The notes: generated from the letters alone by a model not told the origin. 45,923 bases of DNA from Actinomycetota bacterium (GCA_029978585.1 JAPOJD010000002.1:1-45923), one strand, 5' to 3'. Positions 23,083 to 33,404 are shown, counted from the stretch's first letter. Translations and numbers: made by a program.

Positions 23083-25266
23083 ATGGGACGCAAGGTCAAG
23101 CCCGTGCCCGTGGACGTCAACGAGCTCAATCGGCTCGTCGACGGCACGCATCACGACCCCCACTCCATCCTCGGCCCGCATCCGGGCAAGGACGGGGTCA
23201 CGGTGCGGGCCCTGCGCCCGATGGCCGAGGCGGTCGAGGTGGTGATGGGCGACACCCGGGTGCCGCTCACGCACGAGTACCGCGGGGTGTGGGTCGGCGT
23301 GCTCCCCGTCACGAAGGTGCCCGACTACTCACTCGACGTCACCTACCGCGGCAGCGTCATTCCCTCCGACGACCCGTACCGCTTCCTGCCGACCCTGGGA
23401 GAGGTCGACCTCCACCTCATCGGCGAAGGTCGTCACGAGCAGCTGTGGGAGGTGCTGGGCGCCCACGTGCGCACTTACCCGAGCCTCCATGGCGACGTCA
23501 GGGGCGTCTCCTTCGCCGTGTGGGCGCCGAACGCCCGCGGGGTGCGCGTCTCGGGCAGCTTCAACTACTGGGACAGCCTGGCCCATCCGATGCGCAGCCT
23601 CGGCTCGTCGGGTGTCTGGGAGATCTTCATCCCGGCGATCAGCGACGGTGTCGTCTACAAATTCTCCGTTCTCGGGGCCGACGGCCGATGGCGCGACAAG
23701 GCCGACCCCTTCGCGTTCGCCACCGAGGTGCCCCCCGCGACCGGGTCGGTGGTGTTCACGAGCACCTACGCCTGGGGCGACGGCGCGTGGCAGGCCGACA
23801 AGGCGGCGTCGAACCCGCTGGCGCGGCCGATGTCCATCTACGAGGTCCACCTCGGCTCGTGGCGCCCGGGCCTGTCCTACCGGGAACTCGCCGAGGAGCT
23901 CACGGCATACGTCCTTGAGGAGGGCTTCACGCACGTGGAGTTCCTCCCCGTGGCCGAGCACCCGTTCGGGGGGTCGTGGGGCTACCAGGTCACGTCGTAC
24001 TTCGCCCCGACGTCGCGCCTGGGCAGCCCCGACGACCTGCGCTACCTCATCGACCGGCTGCATCGGGCCGGGATCGGCGTGATCGTCGACTGGGTGCCCG
24101 CGCACTTCCCCAAGGACGACTGGGCCCTGGCCCGATTCGACGGAACGCCGCTGTACGAGCATCCCGATCCGCGGCGCGGCGAGCAGCCGGACTGGGGGAC
24201 GTACGTCTTCGACTTCGGGCGTACCGAGGTGCGCAACTTCCTGGTGTCGAACGCGCTGTTCTGGCTGGAGGAGTACCACGTCGACGGGCTGCGGGTGGAC
24301 GCCGTGGCGTCCATGCTCTACCTCGACTACTCGCGCCAGGACGGCGAGTGGCTGCCCAACGAGTACGGCGGCCGCGAGAACCTAGACGCCGTCAGCTTCT
24401 TGCAGGAGATGAACGCGACGGCCTACAAGCGCTGCCCCGGCATCGTGACGATTGCGGAGGAGTCGACCGCCTGGCCGGGCGTGACGAGGCCGACGTACCT
24501 CGGCGGCCTGGGCTTCGGCCTGAAGTGGAACATGGGGTGGATGCACGACTCGCTCAGCTACATGCGTCGCGAGGCGATCTACCGCCAGTACCACCACAAT
24601 GAGCTCACCTTCGCGATGATGTACGCCTACAGCGAGCACTTCGTCCTCCCCATCTCCCACGACGAGGTCGTGCACGGCAAGGGCTCCCTCATCGCCCGCA
24701 TGCCCGGGGACCGGTGGCAGGAGTTGGCGAACCTGCGGGCCTACCTGGGCTTCATGTGGGCGCACCCGGGCCGGAAGCTGCTCTTCATGGGCTGTGAGTT
24801 CGCGCAGTCCCGCGAATGGAGCGCCGACGACGGCCTGGACTGGTGGCTCACGCAGTTCGACGAGCACGCCGGGATACAGAGGGCCGTGCGCGAGATCAAT
24901 CGCGTCTACCGCGAGACCCCGGCGCTGTGGCAGCGCGACGACGATCCCGGCGGCTTCCAGTGGATCGATGCGAACGACTCGCTTAACAACGTGTTCAGCT
25001 GGATCCGCTGGGACGACGAGGGCCGGCCGCTCGTGTGCGCGGTCAACATGTCGCCGCTGCCCCGGCCGGGCTACCGCGTCGGCCTGCCGCGCTCGGGACG
25101 CTGGGACGAGGTCCTCAACACCGACGCGGCGGAGTTCGGCGGGAGCGGTCAGGGCAACCTCGGTGCCGTGCACGCCGAGCCGGACCCCTGGCATGGACTC
25201 CCGGCCTCGGCGGACGTCATGCTGCCGCCGCTCGCAACGGTCTGGTTGCGCCCACCCGCTGACTGA
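23083..25266 (+). CDS. glgB: 1,4-alpha-glucan branching enzyme (GH13)
   Basis: From ATG 23083 (SD GAAGGGA) the sequence is [90 protein letters not shown] and [10 protein letters not shown]. The gene begins 13 nt after the glgE stop. Confidence 0.93.
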   Translation: MGRKVKPVPVDVNELNRLVDGTHHDPHSILGPHPGKDGVTVRALRPMAEAVEVVMGDTRVPLTHEYRGVWVGVLPVTKVPDYSLDVTYRGSVIPSDDPYRFLPTLGEVDLHLIGEGRHEQLWEVLGAHVRTYPSLHGDVRGVSFAVWAPNARGVRVSGSFNYWDSLAHPMRSLGSSGVWEIFIPAISDGVVYKFSVLGADGRWRDKADPFAFATEVPPATGSVVFTSTYAWGDGAWQADKAASNPLARPMSIYEVHLGSWRPGLSYRELAEELTAYVLEEGFTHVEFLPVAEHPFGGSWGYQVTSYFAPTSRLGSPDDLRYLIDRLHRAGIGVIVDWVPAHFPKDDWALARFDGTPLYEHPDPRRGEQPDWGTYVFDFGRTEVRNFLVSNALFWLEEYHVDGLRVDAVASMLYLDYSRQDGEWLPNEYGGRENLDAVSFLQEMNATAYKRCPGIVTIAEESTAWPGVTRPTYLGGLGFGLKWNMGWMHDSLSYMRREAIYRQYHHNELTFAMMYAYSEHFVLPISHDEVVHGKGSLIARMPGDRWQELANLRAYLGFMWAHPGRKLLFMGCEFAQSREWSADDGLDWWLTQFDEHAGIQRAVREINRVYRETPALWQRDDDPGGFQWIDANDSLNNVFSWIRWDDEGRPLVCAVNMSPLPRPGYRVGLPRSGRWDEVLNTDAAEFGGSGQGNLGAVHAEPDPWHGLPASADVMLPPLATVWLRPPAD

Positions 25267-25289
25267 CAGGCGAAACCCGAGGAACTGGC

Positions 25290-26180
25290 TCAGAAGAGGG
25301 CGTTGGAGAGGGCTACGCGGGCAGGCCCCACCGCGGGATCGTCCCCGGCCATCGCGAACAGCCCGACCAGACGCTCGCGCGCGCGATCGCGATCTTCTCC
25401 CGAGGTCGCCCGGACCTCGGCGATGAGTGCGGCGAACGCCGTTGGCCAGTCCCCAGCTGCCGCCGCGAGGTCGGCATCGCGCAGCGCACCGCTCTCGGCG
25501 CCTGACTCGAGGCGGACCTGCATCTCGCACAGTGCCAGCCCGGCCTGCGCATCTGCGTCGGCTGGCGCGGCAGCGAGGACCGCGCGATAGGCGTCGGCGG
25601 CCGCGGCCCAATCGCCGGACTCGATCGCGTCGTACGCCGCTGCGAAGCGCGGGTCGACCGGCTCCTCGACCGGAGCGGTCTCGGGCTCGACGGCAGCCGC
25701 ATCCGCAGACACGGTGCCGGAGACCCCATTGTCCGCGGCCACCTTGAGGACCTCATCGATGTACGCGCGAACCTGCGGCTCGGGGAGCGCGCCCTGGAAG
25801 AGCGGGATGGGCTGCCCTCCGATCACCGCGAAGACGCTGGGGATCGACTGCACCTGGAAGGCGGCGGCAATGCGCTGCTCGGCATCGACGTCCACCTTGG
25901 CGAGGATGAACCGGCCGGCGTACTCCGCCGCCAGTGTCTCGAGGATCGGCGAGAGCGTCTTGCACGGCCCGCACCACTCGGCCCACAGGTCGAGGATGAC
26001 GGGCACGGTCTGACTGCGCTCGAGGACGTCCGCGGGGAAGGTCTCCTCCGTCACGTCGATGACGACCCCGGAGGGCGCCCCCGACATCGCGGACTCGCGC
26101 CGCTGCTCGGCCTCCCGCTGGCTGGCGAGCGCACCGAGGTCCACGGCACCGCGCAGGGGCGGTAGGGACGGGCTGCTCAT
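25290..26180 (-). CDS. Thioredoxin-domain protein with C-terminal TPR-like domain (YbbN/CnoX-like, Rv1324-like)
   Basis: The 296-aa ORF has a thioredoxin fold with an intact WAEWCGPCK active site. It is followed by an Ala-rich helical-repeat C-terminal half. Confidence 0.8.
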   Translation of the reverse strand: MSSPSLPPLRGAVDLGALASQREAEQRRESAMSGAPSGVVIDVTEETFPADVLERSQTVPVILDLWAEWCGPCKTLSPILETLAAEYAGRFILAKVDVDAEQRIAAAFQVQSIPSVFAVIGGQPIPLFQGALPEPQVRAYIDEVLKVAADNGVSGTVSADAAAVEPETAPVEEPVDPRFAAAYDAIESGDWAAAADAYRAVLAAAPADADAQAGLALCEMQVRLESGAESGALRDADLAAAAGDWPTAFAALIAEVRATSGEDRDRARERLVGLFAMAGDDPAVGPARVALSNALF

Positions 26181-26204
26181 GGCCTCATCCTGTCACTCGC
26201 GCTG

Positions 26205-27209
26205 TCACTCGCGTTCCGGGCCCGGGGCGACCTGGATCGCCGCTGGACCGGCCAAGCCGACCTTCTCTCCCGCCCGGTTCGCCTCCAGCAGGTCCACCGC
26301 GGCCGAGAAGGGGTCGAGCGTGCCGTCCGCGACGCGCGTCGCGAGGGCGTCCAGGGCGGTGCCGTCGTCCTCCGCGAGGCGGCGACGCACCTGGCCGAGC
26401 GCGATCGCGAGGATCTCCTCGGCCGCACGGCGGCGGCGACGGTCGCGAAGGTGGCCTGCGTCCGCGAGCCACTCCTCGCGCTCGTCGAGGGCGGCCACCA
26501 CGGGCTCGACCTCGCCCCGCGATGCCACCGAGAGGACCACCGCCGGGGTCCAGTCCCCTTGCGCACGCGGGGTCATGGCGACCATCTGGCGGATCTCCCG
26601 CGCCGTGGACTCCGCTCCGTCCCGGTCGGACTTGTTGACGCACAGCACGTCGCCGACCTCGAGGATCCCGGCCTTGGCCGCCTGGATCCCGTCACCCATG
26701 CCGGGGGCCAGCACGACGATGGTGGAGTCCGCGGTGGCGGCGACATCGACCTCGGACTGCCCGACGCCCACGGTCTCGACGAGGACCACGTCGTAGCCGG
26801 CCGCCTCGAGGACCCGGATGGCCTGCGGAGTGGCGGCGGCGATACCCCCGAGATGACCGCGCGAGGCCATCGAGCGGATGAACACCCCCGGGTCGGTGGA
26901 GTGCTCCTGCATACGGATGCGATCGCCGAGGAGCGCACCGCCGGAGAAGGGCGACGAGGGGTCCACGGCGAGCACGCCCACGCGACGACCGCGGCGGCGG
27001 TACTCCCCGACGAGCGCGGACGTCAGCGTGGACTTGCCGACCCCGGGTGCCCCGGTGACGCCGATGACGTGCGCCGCCGACCCCCCCGCGGACAGGGCGC
27101 CCATGGCCGCGCCGAGACCGGGCGCGCCGTCCTCGACCCAGGACAGCAGGCGCGCCGTCGCGCGCACGTCCCCGGCCCGTACCCGATCGACGAGGTCGGA
27201 CTCCGGCAC
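26205..27209 (-). CDS. meaB: Methylmalonyl-CoA-mutase-associated G3E GTPase (MeaB/ArgK family)
   Basis: The P-loop GVTGAPGVGKSTL is followed by GDRIRM, LVETVGVGQSE and VNKSDR. The start is taken as GTG 27209, 2 nt after the thiolase stop. The longer ORF start (27266) would overlap the thiolase. Confidence 0.85.
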   Translation of the reverse strand: MPESDLVDRVRAGDVRATARLLSWVEDGAPGLGAAMGALSAGGSAAHVIGVTGAPGVGKSTLTSALVGEYRRRGRRVGVLAVDPSSPFSGGALLGDRIRMQEHSTDPGVFIRSMASRGHLGGIAAATPQAIRVLEAAGYDVVLVETVGVGQSEVDVAATADSTIVVLAPGMGDGIQAAKAGILEVGDVLCVNKSDRDGAESTAREIRQMVAMTPRAQGDWTPAVVLSVASRGEVEPVVAALDEREEWLADAGHLRDRRRRRAAEEILAIALGQVRRRLAEDDGTALDALATRVADGTLDPFSAAVDLLEANRAGEKVGLAGPAAIQVAPGPERE

Positions 27210-27211
27210 GG

Positions 27212-28396
<1,185 letters not shown>

Positions 28397-28461
28397 GGGA
28401 CCTCCGGAGGGGAACGCGTCATGCGTTTGCCACGATGGGGCCACCCTAGCGAGGAGGCACC

Positions 28462-28932
28462 ATGGGCACTCCGCAGGCCGCTCTCGGCCCGATCATCACC
28501 CGGATCGACCACGTGGGCATCGCCGTTGCCGACCTCGACGAGGCGCTCGACTTCTATGCGCGCACGTTCGGGCTCACCGCGGTCCACGAGGAGGTCAACG
28601 AGGAGCAGGGCGTGCGCGAGGCGATGCTCGCCGTCGGGGACTCGGGGTCGTGCATCCAACTCCTCGCGCCGCTCACTCCGGACTCCCCCATCGGGCGCTT
28701 CCTCGAACGCAGCGGCCCCGGGATCCAGCAGATCGCGTACGGCGTCGATGACATGGACGAGGCGGCCCGGCGCCTTCGGGCGGCCGGAGTGCGCCTGCTG
28801 TACGACGAGCCGCGCCGGGGCACGGCCGGATCACGCGTGAACTTCGTGCACCCCCGGGACTGCGGCGGGGTCCTCGTCGAACTCGTCGAGGCCGGCGACG
28901 GTGCCCAGCACGGTGGCTCGGCCAGCCCGTAG
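28462..28932 (+). CDS. Methylmalonyl-CoA (ethylmalonyl-CoA) epimerase, VOC superfamily
   Basis: The 156-aa ORF reads [21 protein letters not shown]...[15 protein letters not shown]...[27 protein letters not shown] precedes the ATG. Confidence 0.85.
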   Translation: MGTPQAALGPIITRIDHVGIAVADLDEALDFYARTFGLTAVHEEVNEEQGVREAMLAVGDSGSCIQLLAPLTPDSPIGRFLERSGPGIQQIAYGVDDMDEAARRLRAAGVRLLYDEPRRGTAGSRVNFVHPRDCGGVLVELVEAGDGAQHGGSASP

Positions 28933-28993
28933 GCGCCGCGCCCCGGGCCCGCTAGCATGAACGATCGTTAACCCCTCGCCCCGCGGAGCCGCC

Positions 28994-30325
28994 TTGACCA
29001 CCATCCTCGACGCCGCCCTGTCCGACTCCCCCGCGGACGTCGCGGACCTGCCGGTCCCCGAATCGACCCGCGCGATCACGGTCCACCGCGACGAGGCGGA
29101 CATGTTCGACGGCGTTGCGAGCCGCGACAAGGACCCGCGGAAATCCCTGCATCTCGACGAGGTGCCGGTCCCCGAGCTCGGCCCCGGCGAAGCGCTCATC
29201 GCGGTGATGGCGAGTTCCATCAACTACAACACGGTCTGGACGTCGATCTTCGAGCCCGTGTCGACGTTCGGCTTCCTCGATCGCTACGGCCGCACGAGCC
29301 CCCTGGCCAAGCGCCATGACCTGCCGTATCACATCATCGGCTCGGACGCGGCCGGCATCGTCCTGCGGGTCGGCGCGGGCGTCAACGCCTGGAAGCCGGG
29401 GGATGCGGTGATCGCGCACTGCCTCTCGGTCGAGCTCGAGAGCCCCATGGGCCACAACGACACGATGCTTGACCCGGAGCAGCGCATCTGGGGCTTCGAG
29501 ACGAACTTCGGCGGTCTCGCCGATGTCGCGCTGGTGAAGGCGAACCAGCTATTGCCGAAGCCCGCGCATCTCACCTGGGAGGAGGCGGCCGCGCCGGGCC
29601 TGGTCAACTCCACTGCGTACCGGCAGCTCGTGTCGCGCAATGGCGCCGGCATGAAGCAGGGCGACGTGGTCCTCATCTGGGGTGCCTCCGGCGGACTGGG
29701 GTCCTATGCCACGCAGTACGCGGTCAACGGCGGCGCGATCCCCGTGTGCGTCGTGTCGAGCGAGGAGAAGGCCGACCTGTGCCGGGCCATGGGTGCCGAG
29801 CTCGTCATCGACCGCCGCGCGGAGGACTACCGCTTCTGGAAGGACGACTCCACGCAGGACCCCAAGGAGTGGCAGCGCCTCGGGCGGCGTATCCGCGAGC
29901 TGACCGGCGGCGACGACCCCGACATCGTCTTCGAGCACCCCGGGCGCGAGACATTCGGTGCCAGCGTCTACGTCACGCGCAAGGGCGGCACCATCGTCAC
30001 CTGCGCATCGACATCGGGCTTCATGCACGAGTACGACAACCGCTACCTGTGGATGAACCTCAAGAGCATCGTCGGCTCCCACTTCGCCAACTACCGAGAG
30101 GCGTACGAGGCGAACCGCCTCATCTCGCGGGGGCTCATCCACCCCACCCTGTCCAAGACGTTCACCCTCCCCGAGGCCGGAGAGGCGGCGTACGAGGTGC
30201 ACCGCAACCTGCACCAGGGCAAGGTCGGCGTGCTCTGCCTGGCCCCCGAGACCGGCCTGGGGGTCACCGACCCCGAGATGCGGGAGCGACACCTCCCCGA
30301 GATCAACCGCTTCGCAGGGGCTTGA
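28994..30325 (+). CDS. ccr: Crotonyl-CoA carboxylase/reductase
   Basis: The 443-aa ORF is near-collinear with remembered Streptomyces Ccr: KDPRKSLHLDEVPVPELGPGEALIAVMASSINYNTVWTSIFEPVSTFGFLDRYGR, HNDTMLDPEQRIWGFETNFGGLA, LIWGASGGLGSYATQ and HRNLHQGKVGVLCLAPE. It has a TTG start with GGAG 5 nt upstream. Confidence 0.9.
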   Translation: MTTILDAALSDSPADVADLPVPESTRAITVHRDEADMFDGVASRDKDPRKSLHLDEVPVPELGPGEALIAVMASSINYNTVWTSIFEPVSTFGFLDRYGRTSPLAKRHDLPYHIIGSDAAGIVLRVGAGVNAWKPGDAVIAHCLSVELESPMGHNDTMLDPEQRIWGFETNFGGLADVALVKANQLLPKPAHLTWEEAAAPGLVNSTAYRQLVSRNGAGMKQGDVVLIWGASGGLGSYATQYAVNGGAIPVCVVSSEEKADLCRAMGAELVIDRRAEDYRFWKDDSTQDPKEWQRLGRRIRELTGGDDPDIVFEHPGRETFGASVYVTRKGGTIVTCASTSGFMHEYDNRYLWMNLKSIVGSHFANYREAYEANRLISRGLIHPTLSKTFTLPEAGEAAYEVHRNLHQGKVGVLCLAPETGLGVTDPEMRERHLPEINRFAGA

Positions 30326-30418
30326 GGCAGGCCTCCGACGTAGCATGGCCCTGGCTCGTGCGGACGCACGGCGGGCGGATCGCGCCCCCTTCCCCCGTCG
30401 ACGCTAGGAGGAGGACGG

Positions 30419-32392
30419 GTGACGTCGAGCAGGGTGGCCGGGCAGCCTGGCGCTGCCGGCAGTTCCCGCGGCTCCCGGCCCGCCCGTGACGCGGAGCCCA
30501 CCACCGAGCAGCCCTGGCACCTCGACAAGGGCCGTCGGGCCGGGGAGATGGGCTACCTGCCCGGCCTGGACGGCATCCGTGCGTTGGCCGTCCTCGGCGT
30601 CTTGCTCTACCACGGGGACCTCACGTGGATGCGCGGCGGCTACCTCGGTGTCGACGTCTTCTTCGTGCTGTCCGGCTTCCTCATCACGACGCTGATCGCC
30701 GAGGAGTTCCAGCGCACCGGGCGCATCGACTTCAAGAAGTTCTACCTGGGCCGAGCCCGGCGCCTGCTACCCGCCCTGCTGCTCATGCTCGGCGTGGTCG
30801 GATTCGTCGTCGCGGTCTTCTACCGCGACTCGGCTGCGGTGTTCCGCGCCGATGCCATCGCTTCCCTGTTCTACGTCACGAACTGGTGGTACATCTTCAC
30901 CGACGCCTCGTACTTCGAGGCGATCGGCCGACCGCCGATGCTGCAGCATCTGTGGTCGCTGGCGGTGGAGGAGCAGTTCTACCTGATCTGGCCGGCCATC
31001 GCGCTGCTGCTCCTGCGCTGGCGAAACAGGGCCGGCGTCTTCTGGGTAGCGCTCATCGGGTCGGTCCTGTCGACGATCTGGATGGCCGTCCTTGCCACCA
31101 TGAACGGCTACCCCGTCGAGAACGACCCCAGTCGGGCGTACTTCGGTGCGGACAGCCACATCATGGGCCTGCTGCTCGGCGCCGCGCTGGCCATGATCTG
31201 GCGCCCCGGGCGGCTGCCCACGCGGATCGCCTCGGGCGCGAAGGTCCTCATCACCACCATTGGCGTCCTGGCCCTGCTCACGATCCTCTGGTTCTACTGG
31301 CAGGTCGGGGAGTTCTCTCCGTTCATCTATCGCGGCGGCTTCTTCTTCCTCTCCGTCGTGGTGTGCCTGCTCATCGCCGCGGCGACGCACCCGGCGGTGA
31401 AGTTCGGCGCGGTGCTCGGCGCGCAGCCGATGCGCTACATCGGCCAGCGTTCGTACGGCCTCTACCTGTGGCACTGGCCGATCTTCGCGATCACCCGACC
31501 CAACCTCGACATCCCACTCGACGGGGCGCTCAATTTCGGGCTCCGGATGGGGCTGACCTTTGCCGTCGCCGAGCTCTCGTACCGCTTCGTCGAGATCCCG
31601 ATCCGCCGCGGTGCGATCGGCAACTACCTCAAGAGGTGGCGCACGGCCGACACCGAGGAGCGGTCGCGGATGAGCCGGGCCGTCGTGTCGGGTGCCGCGG
31701 TGAGCATCGCGGCGCTCGGGATCGTCGGCTTCGGCCTGGCGACCGCCCCCGCAGCGGACCAGCAGATCCCCGACGACGTCGCGGCAGCCATCGGGATCGA
31801 TGACGGGGGACCGAGCAAGATCCTCATCGACGAGCCGGTCGCCGACGACACGGCGACGACACCCTCCCCCAGCCCCTCCCCGACCTTCACCGGACCCACC
31901 GTCCTGGCCCGCAACCAGAACGGCACCGTGACCGCCATCGGCGACTCGGTGCTGCTCGGCGTGGCCCAGTACATGCAGGACACCATCGACGGCGCCCAGA
32001 TCGACGCCGAGGTGAGCCGCCAGGCCGATGCCGTCCGCGCACGCGTCGAGAAGCTGTCCGACAAGGGCTTCCTGGCGCCGAACGTGGTGATCCACACGGG
32101 CACGAACGGCACCATCACCGAGGAGGACCTCCGGGCGATGCTCGAGGCGCTCAGCGACCGAGACAGGGTGGTCGTCGTCAATACCCGGGTGCCCGAGCGC
32201 TGGGCGGAGCCCAACAACGAACTCATCGCCGCCGTCGTGCCCGACTACCCGAATGCCGTCATCGCCGACTGGGCCTCCGCATCGGCGGACCATCCGGAGT
32301 ACTTCGTGAGCGACGGCGTGCACCCGCAGTGGCCCGACGGCATCCAGGCCTTCGTCGCGGTCATCAGCCAGGCGCTCGGCCTCACCGCGTAG
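30419..32392 (+). CDS. Acyltransferase-3 (10-TM) membrane protein fused to a C-terminal SGNH domain (OafA/YrhL-like glycan O-acyltransferase)
   Basis: The 657-aa ORF has the AT3 signature YLPGLDGIRALAVLGVLLYH...GVDVFFVLSGFLIT and multiple hydrophobic segments. A Pro/Ser/Thr linker follows, then an SGNH-like tail (AIGDSVLLG...HTGTNG...DGVHP). GTG 30419 is preceded by AGGAGGAGGA. An alternative start is ATG 30548. Confidence 0.8.
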   Translation: MTSSRVAGQPGAAGSSRGSRPARDAEPTTEQPWHLDKGRRAGEMGYLPGLDGIRALAVLGVLLYHGDLTWMRGGYLGVDVFFVLSGFLITTLIAEEFQRTGRIDFKKFYLGRARRLLPALLLMLGVVGFVVAVFYRDSAAVFRADAIASLFYVTNWWYIFTDASYFEAIGRPPMLQHLWSLAVEEQFYLIWPAIALLLLRWRNRAGVFWVALIGSVLSTIWMAVLATMNGYPVENDPSRAYFGADSHIMGLLLGAALAMIWRPGRLPTRIASGAKVLITTIGVLALLTILWFYWQVGEFSPFIYRGGFFFLSVVVCLLIAAATHPAVKFGAVLGAQPMRYIGQRSYGLYLWHWPIFAITRPNLDIPLDGALNFGLRMGLTFAVAELSYRFVEIPIRRGAIGNYLKRWRTADTEERSRMSRAVVSGAAVSIAALGIVGFGLATAPAADQQIPDDVAAAIGIDDGGPSKILIDEPVADDTATTPSPSPSPTFTGPTVLARNQNGTVTAIGDSVLLGVAQYMQDTIDGAQIDAEVSRQADAVRARVEKLSDKGFLAPNVVIHTGTNGTITEEDLRAMLEALSDRDRVVVVNTRVPERWAEPNNELIAAVVPDYPNAVIADWASASADHPEYFVSDGVHPQWPDGIQAFVAVISQALGLTA

Positions 32393-32468
32393 TCCCCCGG
32401 GCCGCTGTCGATCCGGGCGAGCCATTGCGACCGGCGACCTCGACGAGCACGTGCCGCCGCGGGATGCC

Positions 32469-32498
32469 TTGACTCTCCGGCGCATCGGCTCATAGGGT
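32469..32498 (+). promoter_or_regulatory. Candidate sigma-70-type promoter: -35 TTGACT (32469-32474), 18-nt spacer, -10 TAGGGT (32493-32498)
   Basis: It reads directly from the sequence upstream of the pentapeptide-repeat gene. It is followed by a purine-rich SD (AAGAGGGGGG, about 32503-32512) and ATG 32517. Confidence 0.4.
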
Positions 32499-32516
32499 CG
32501 AAAAGAGGGGGGTTCG

Positions 32517-33320
32517 ATGGTGCGCTGGGTGGGAACGACAGCAGCCGCGACTGCCGTGCTGGGAATGGCGCTCGTGGCCCCTGTGGCGACGGCATCGGTG
32601 TCTACCGCGGGGATAGCCGCGAACGCGTGCGAGCTGGGTCCGAAGGCGTCATGCGCCGGGGTGGACCTCTCGGGGCGCAACCTGAGCGGCGCGGACTTGC
32701 GAGGCGCTGACTTCCACGGCGCGGACCTGCACGAGACCAATCTGCGCGGTGCGAACCTGAGCGGCGCGAACCTCAGGGAGGCGGACCTGCGCGATGCCAA
32801 CCTGACCGAGGCTGACCTGAGCCAAGCGCACCTGGCCAAAGCGAAACTGGGCGGTGCTGAACTTCCCCGCGCGGACCTGAGCAGCGCCTACCTGGGGGGC
32901 GCGAACCTGCGATACGCGAATCTGCGCGACGCGGACCTGCGCTACGCACTCCTGTTCGCCGCGAACCTGGGCTACGCGAACCTGCGCGAGGCCAACATGC
33001 GTAACGCGGCACTGAGCGGGGCGGATCTCTTCAGCGCGAACCTGCGCGACGCGATCCTCAGCGACGCTCTCCTGTACGTGGCGAACCTCAGCCACGCGGA
33101 CCTACGCCGCGCGAACCTGATCGACGCGAGGCTCATACAGGCCGACCTCCGCCAGGCAAACCTGAGTTGGGCGGACCTGAGCGGCGCAGACCTGAGTGGC
33201 GCGGACCTGAAGTACGCAGACCTGACGGGCGTGGACCTCAAGGACGCGAACCTGGTCGAGGCCCGCTGGCCGAACGGCCGGATCTGCGGGCCCGGTTCGA
33301 TCGGGGAGTGCCGCCCCTAG
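32517..33320 (+). CDS. Secreted pentapeptide-repeat protein
   Basis: The 267-aa ORF has an N-terminal signal peptide (MVRWVGTTAAATAVLGMALVAPVATA|SV). About 40 consecutive A(D/N)LXX pentapeptides follow (ADLRG ADFHG ADLHE TNLRG ANLSG ANLRE ADLRD ANLTE ...). Cys pairs flank the repeat solenoid (C..C near the N-terminus, ICGPGSIGEC at the C-terminus). Confidence 0.85.
   Translation: MVRWVGTTAAATAVLGMALVAPVATASVSTAGIAANACELGPKASCAGVDLSGRNLSGADLRGADFHGADLHETNLRGANLSGANLREADLRDANLTEADLSQAHLAKAKLGGAELPRADLSSAYLGGANLRYANLRDADLRYALLFAANLGYANLREANMRNAALSGADLFSANLRDAILSDALLYVANLSHADLRRANLIDARLIQADLRQANLSWADLSGADLSGADLKYADLTGVDLKDANLVEARWPNGRICGPGSIGECRP
32652..33266 (+). repeat. Degenerate 15-nt-periodic coding repeat (GCGSACCTGMGNNNN-like) encoding the pentapeptide solenoid
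   Basis: There is visible recurrence of gcggacctg/gcgaacctg strings. This generates spurious ORFs in several frames on both strands (32649..33095, 32773..33012, 32972..33241, 33102..33359). Confidence 0.6.
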
Positions 33321-33404
33321 TCGCTCCCGCCTCGGTTGCACCCGCAGAGCACAACGCATCCCGCGGTCCCTCGCGCGCGGTTGCCTGCGGAGTTGCTGCG
33401 GGGG

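Noticed and set aside
30767-32839. 690-aa ORF on the minus strand
   Set aside because: It is antisense to the AT3-SGNH acyltransferase and to the start of the pentapeptide gene. Its composition is Arg/Gly/Asp/Pro-dominated.
32649-33359. Several minus-strand and alternative-frame ORFs (148, 79, 89 and 85 aa) plus possible CRISPR-like periodicity
   Set aside because: All lie inside the pentapeptide-repeat coding region. The 15-nt periodic DNA keeps several frames open. The repeats are contiguous, degenerate and have no spacers, so this is not a CRISPR array. Only the plus-strand frame has a signal peptide, an SD and a promoter.
33321-33404. Possible hairpins (CCGCAG...CTGCGG) between the pentapeptide gene and the downstream convergent hydrolase
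   Set aside because: The complementary segments are imperfect or separated by loops longer than 30 nt, and there is no U-tract. The evidence is insufficient.
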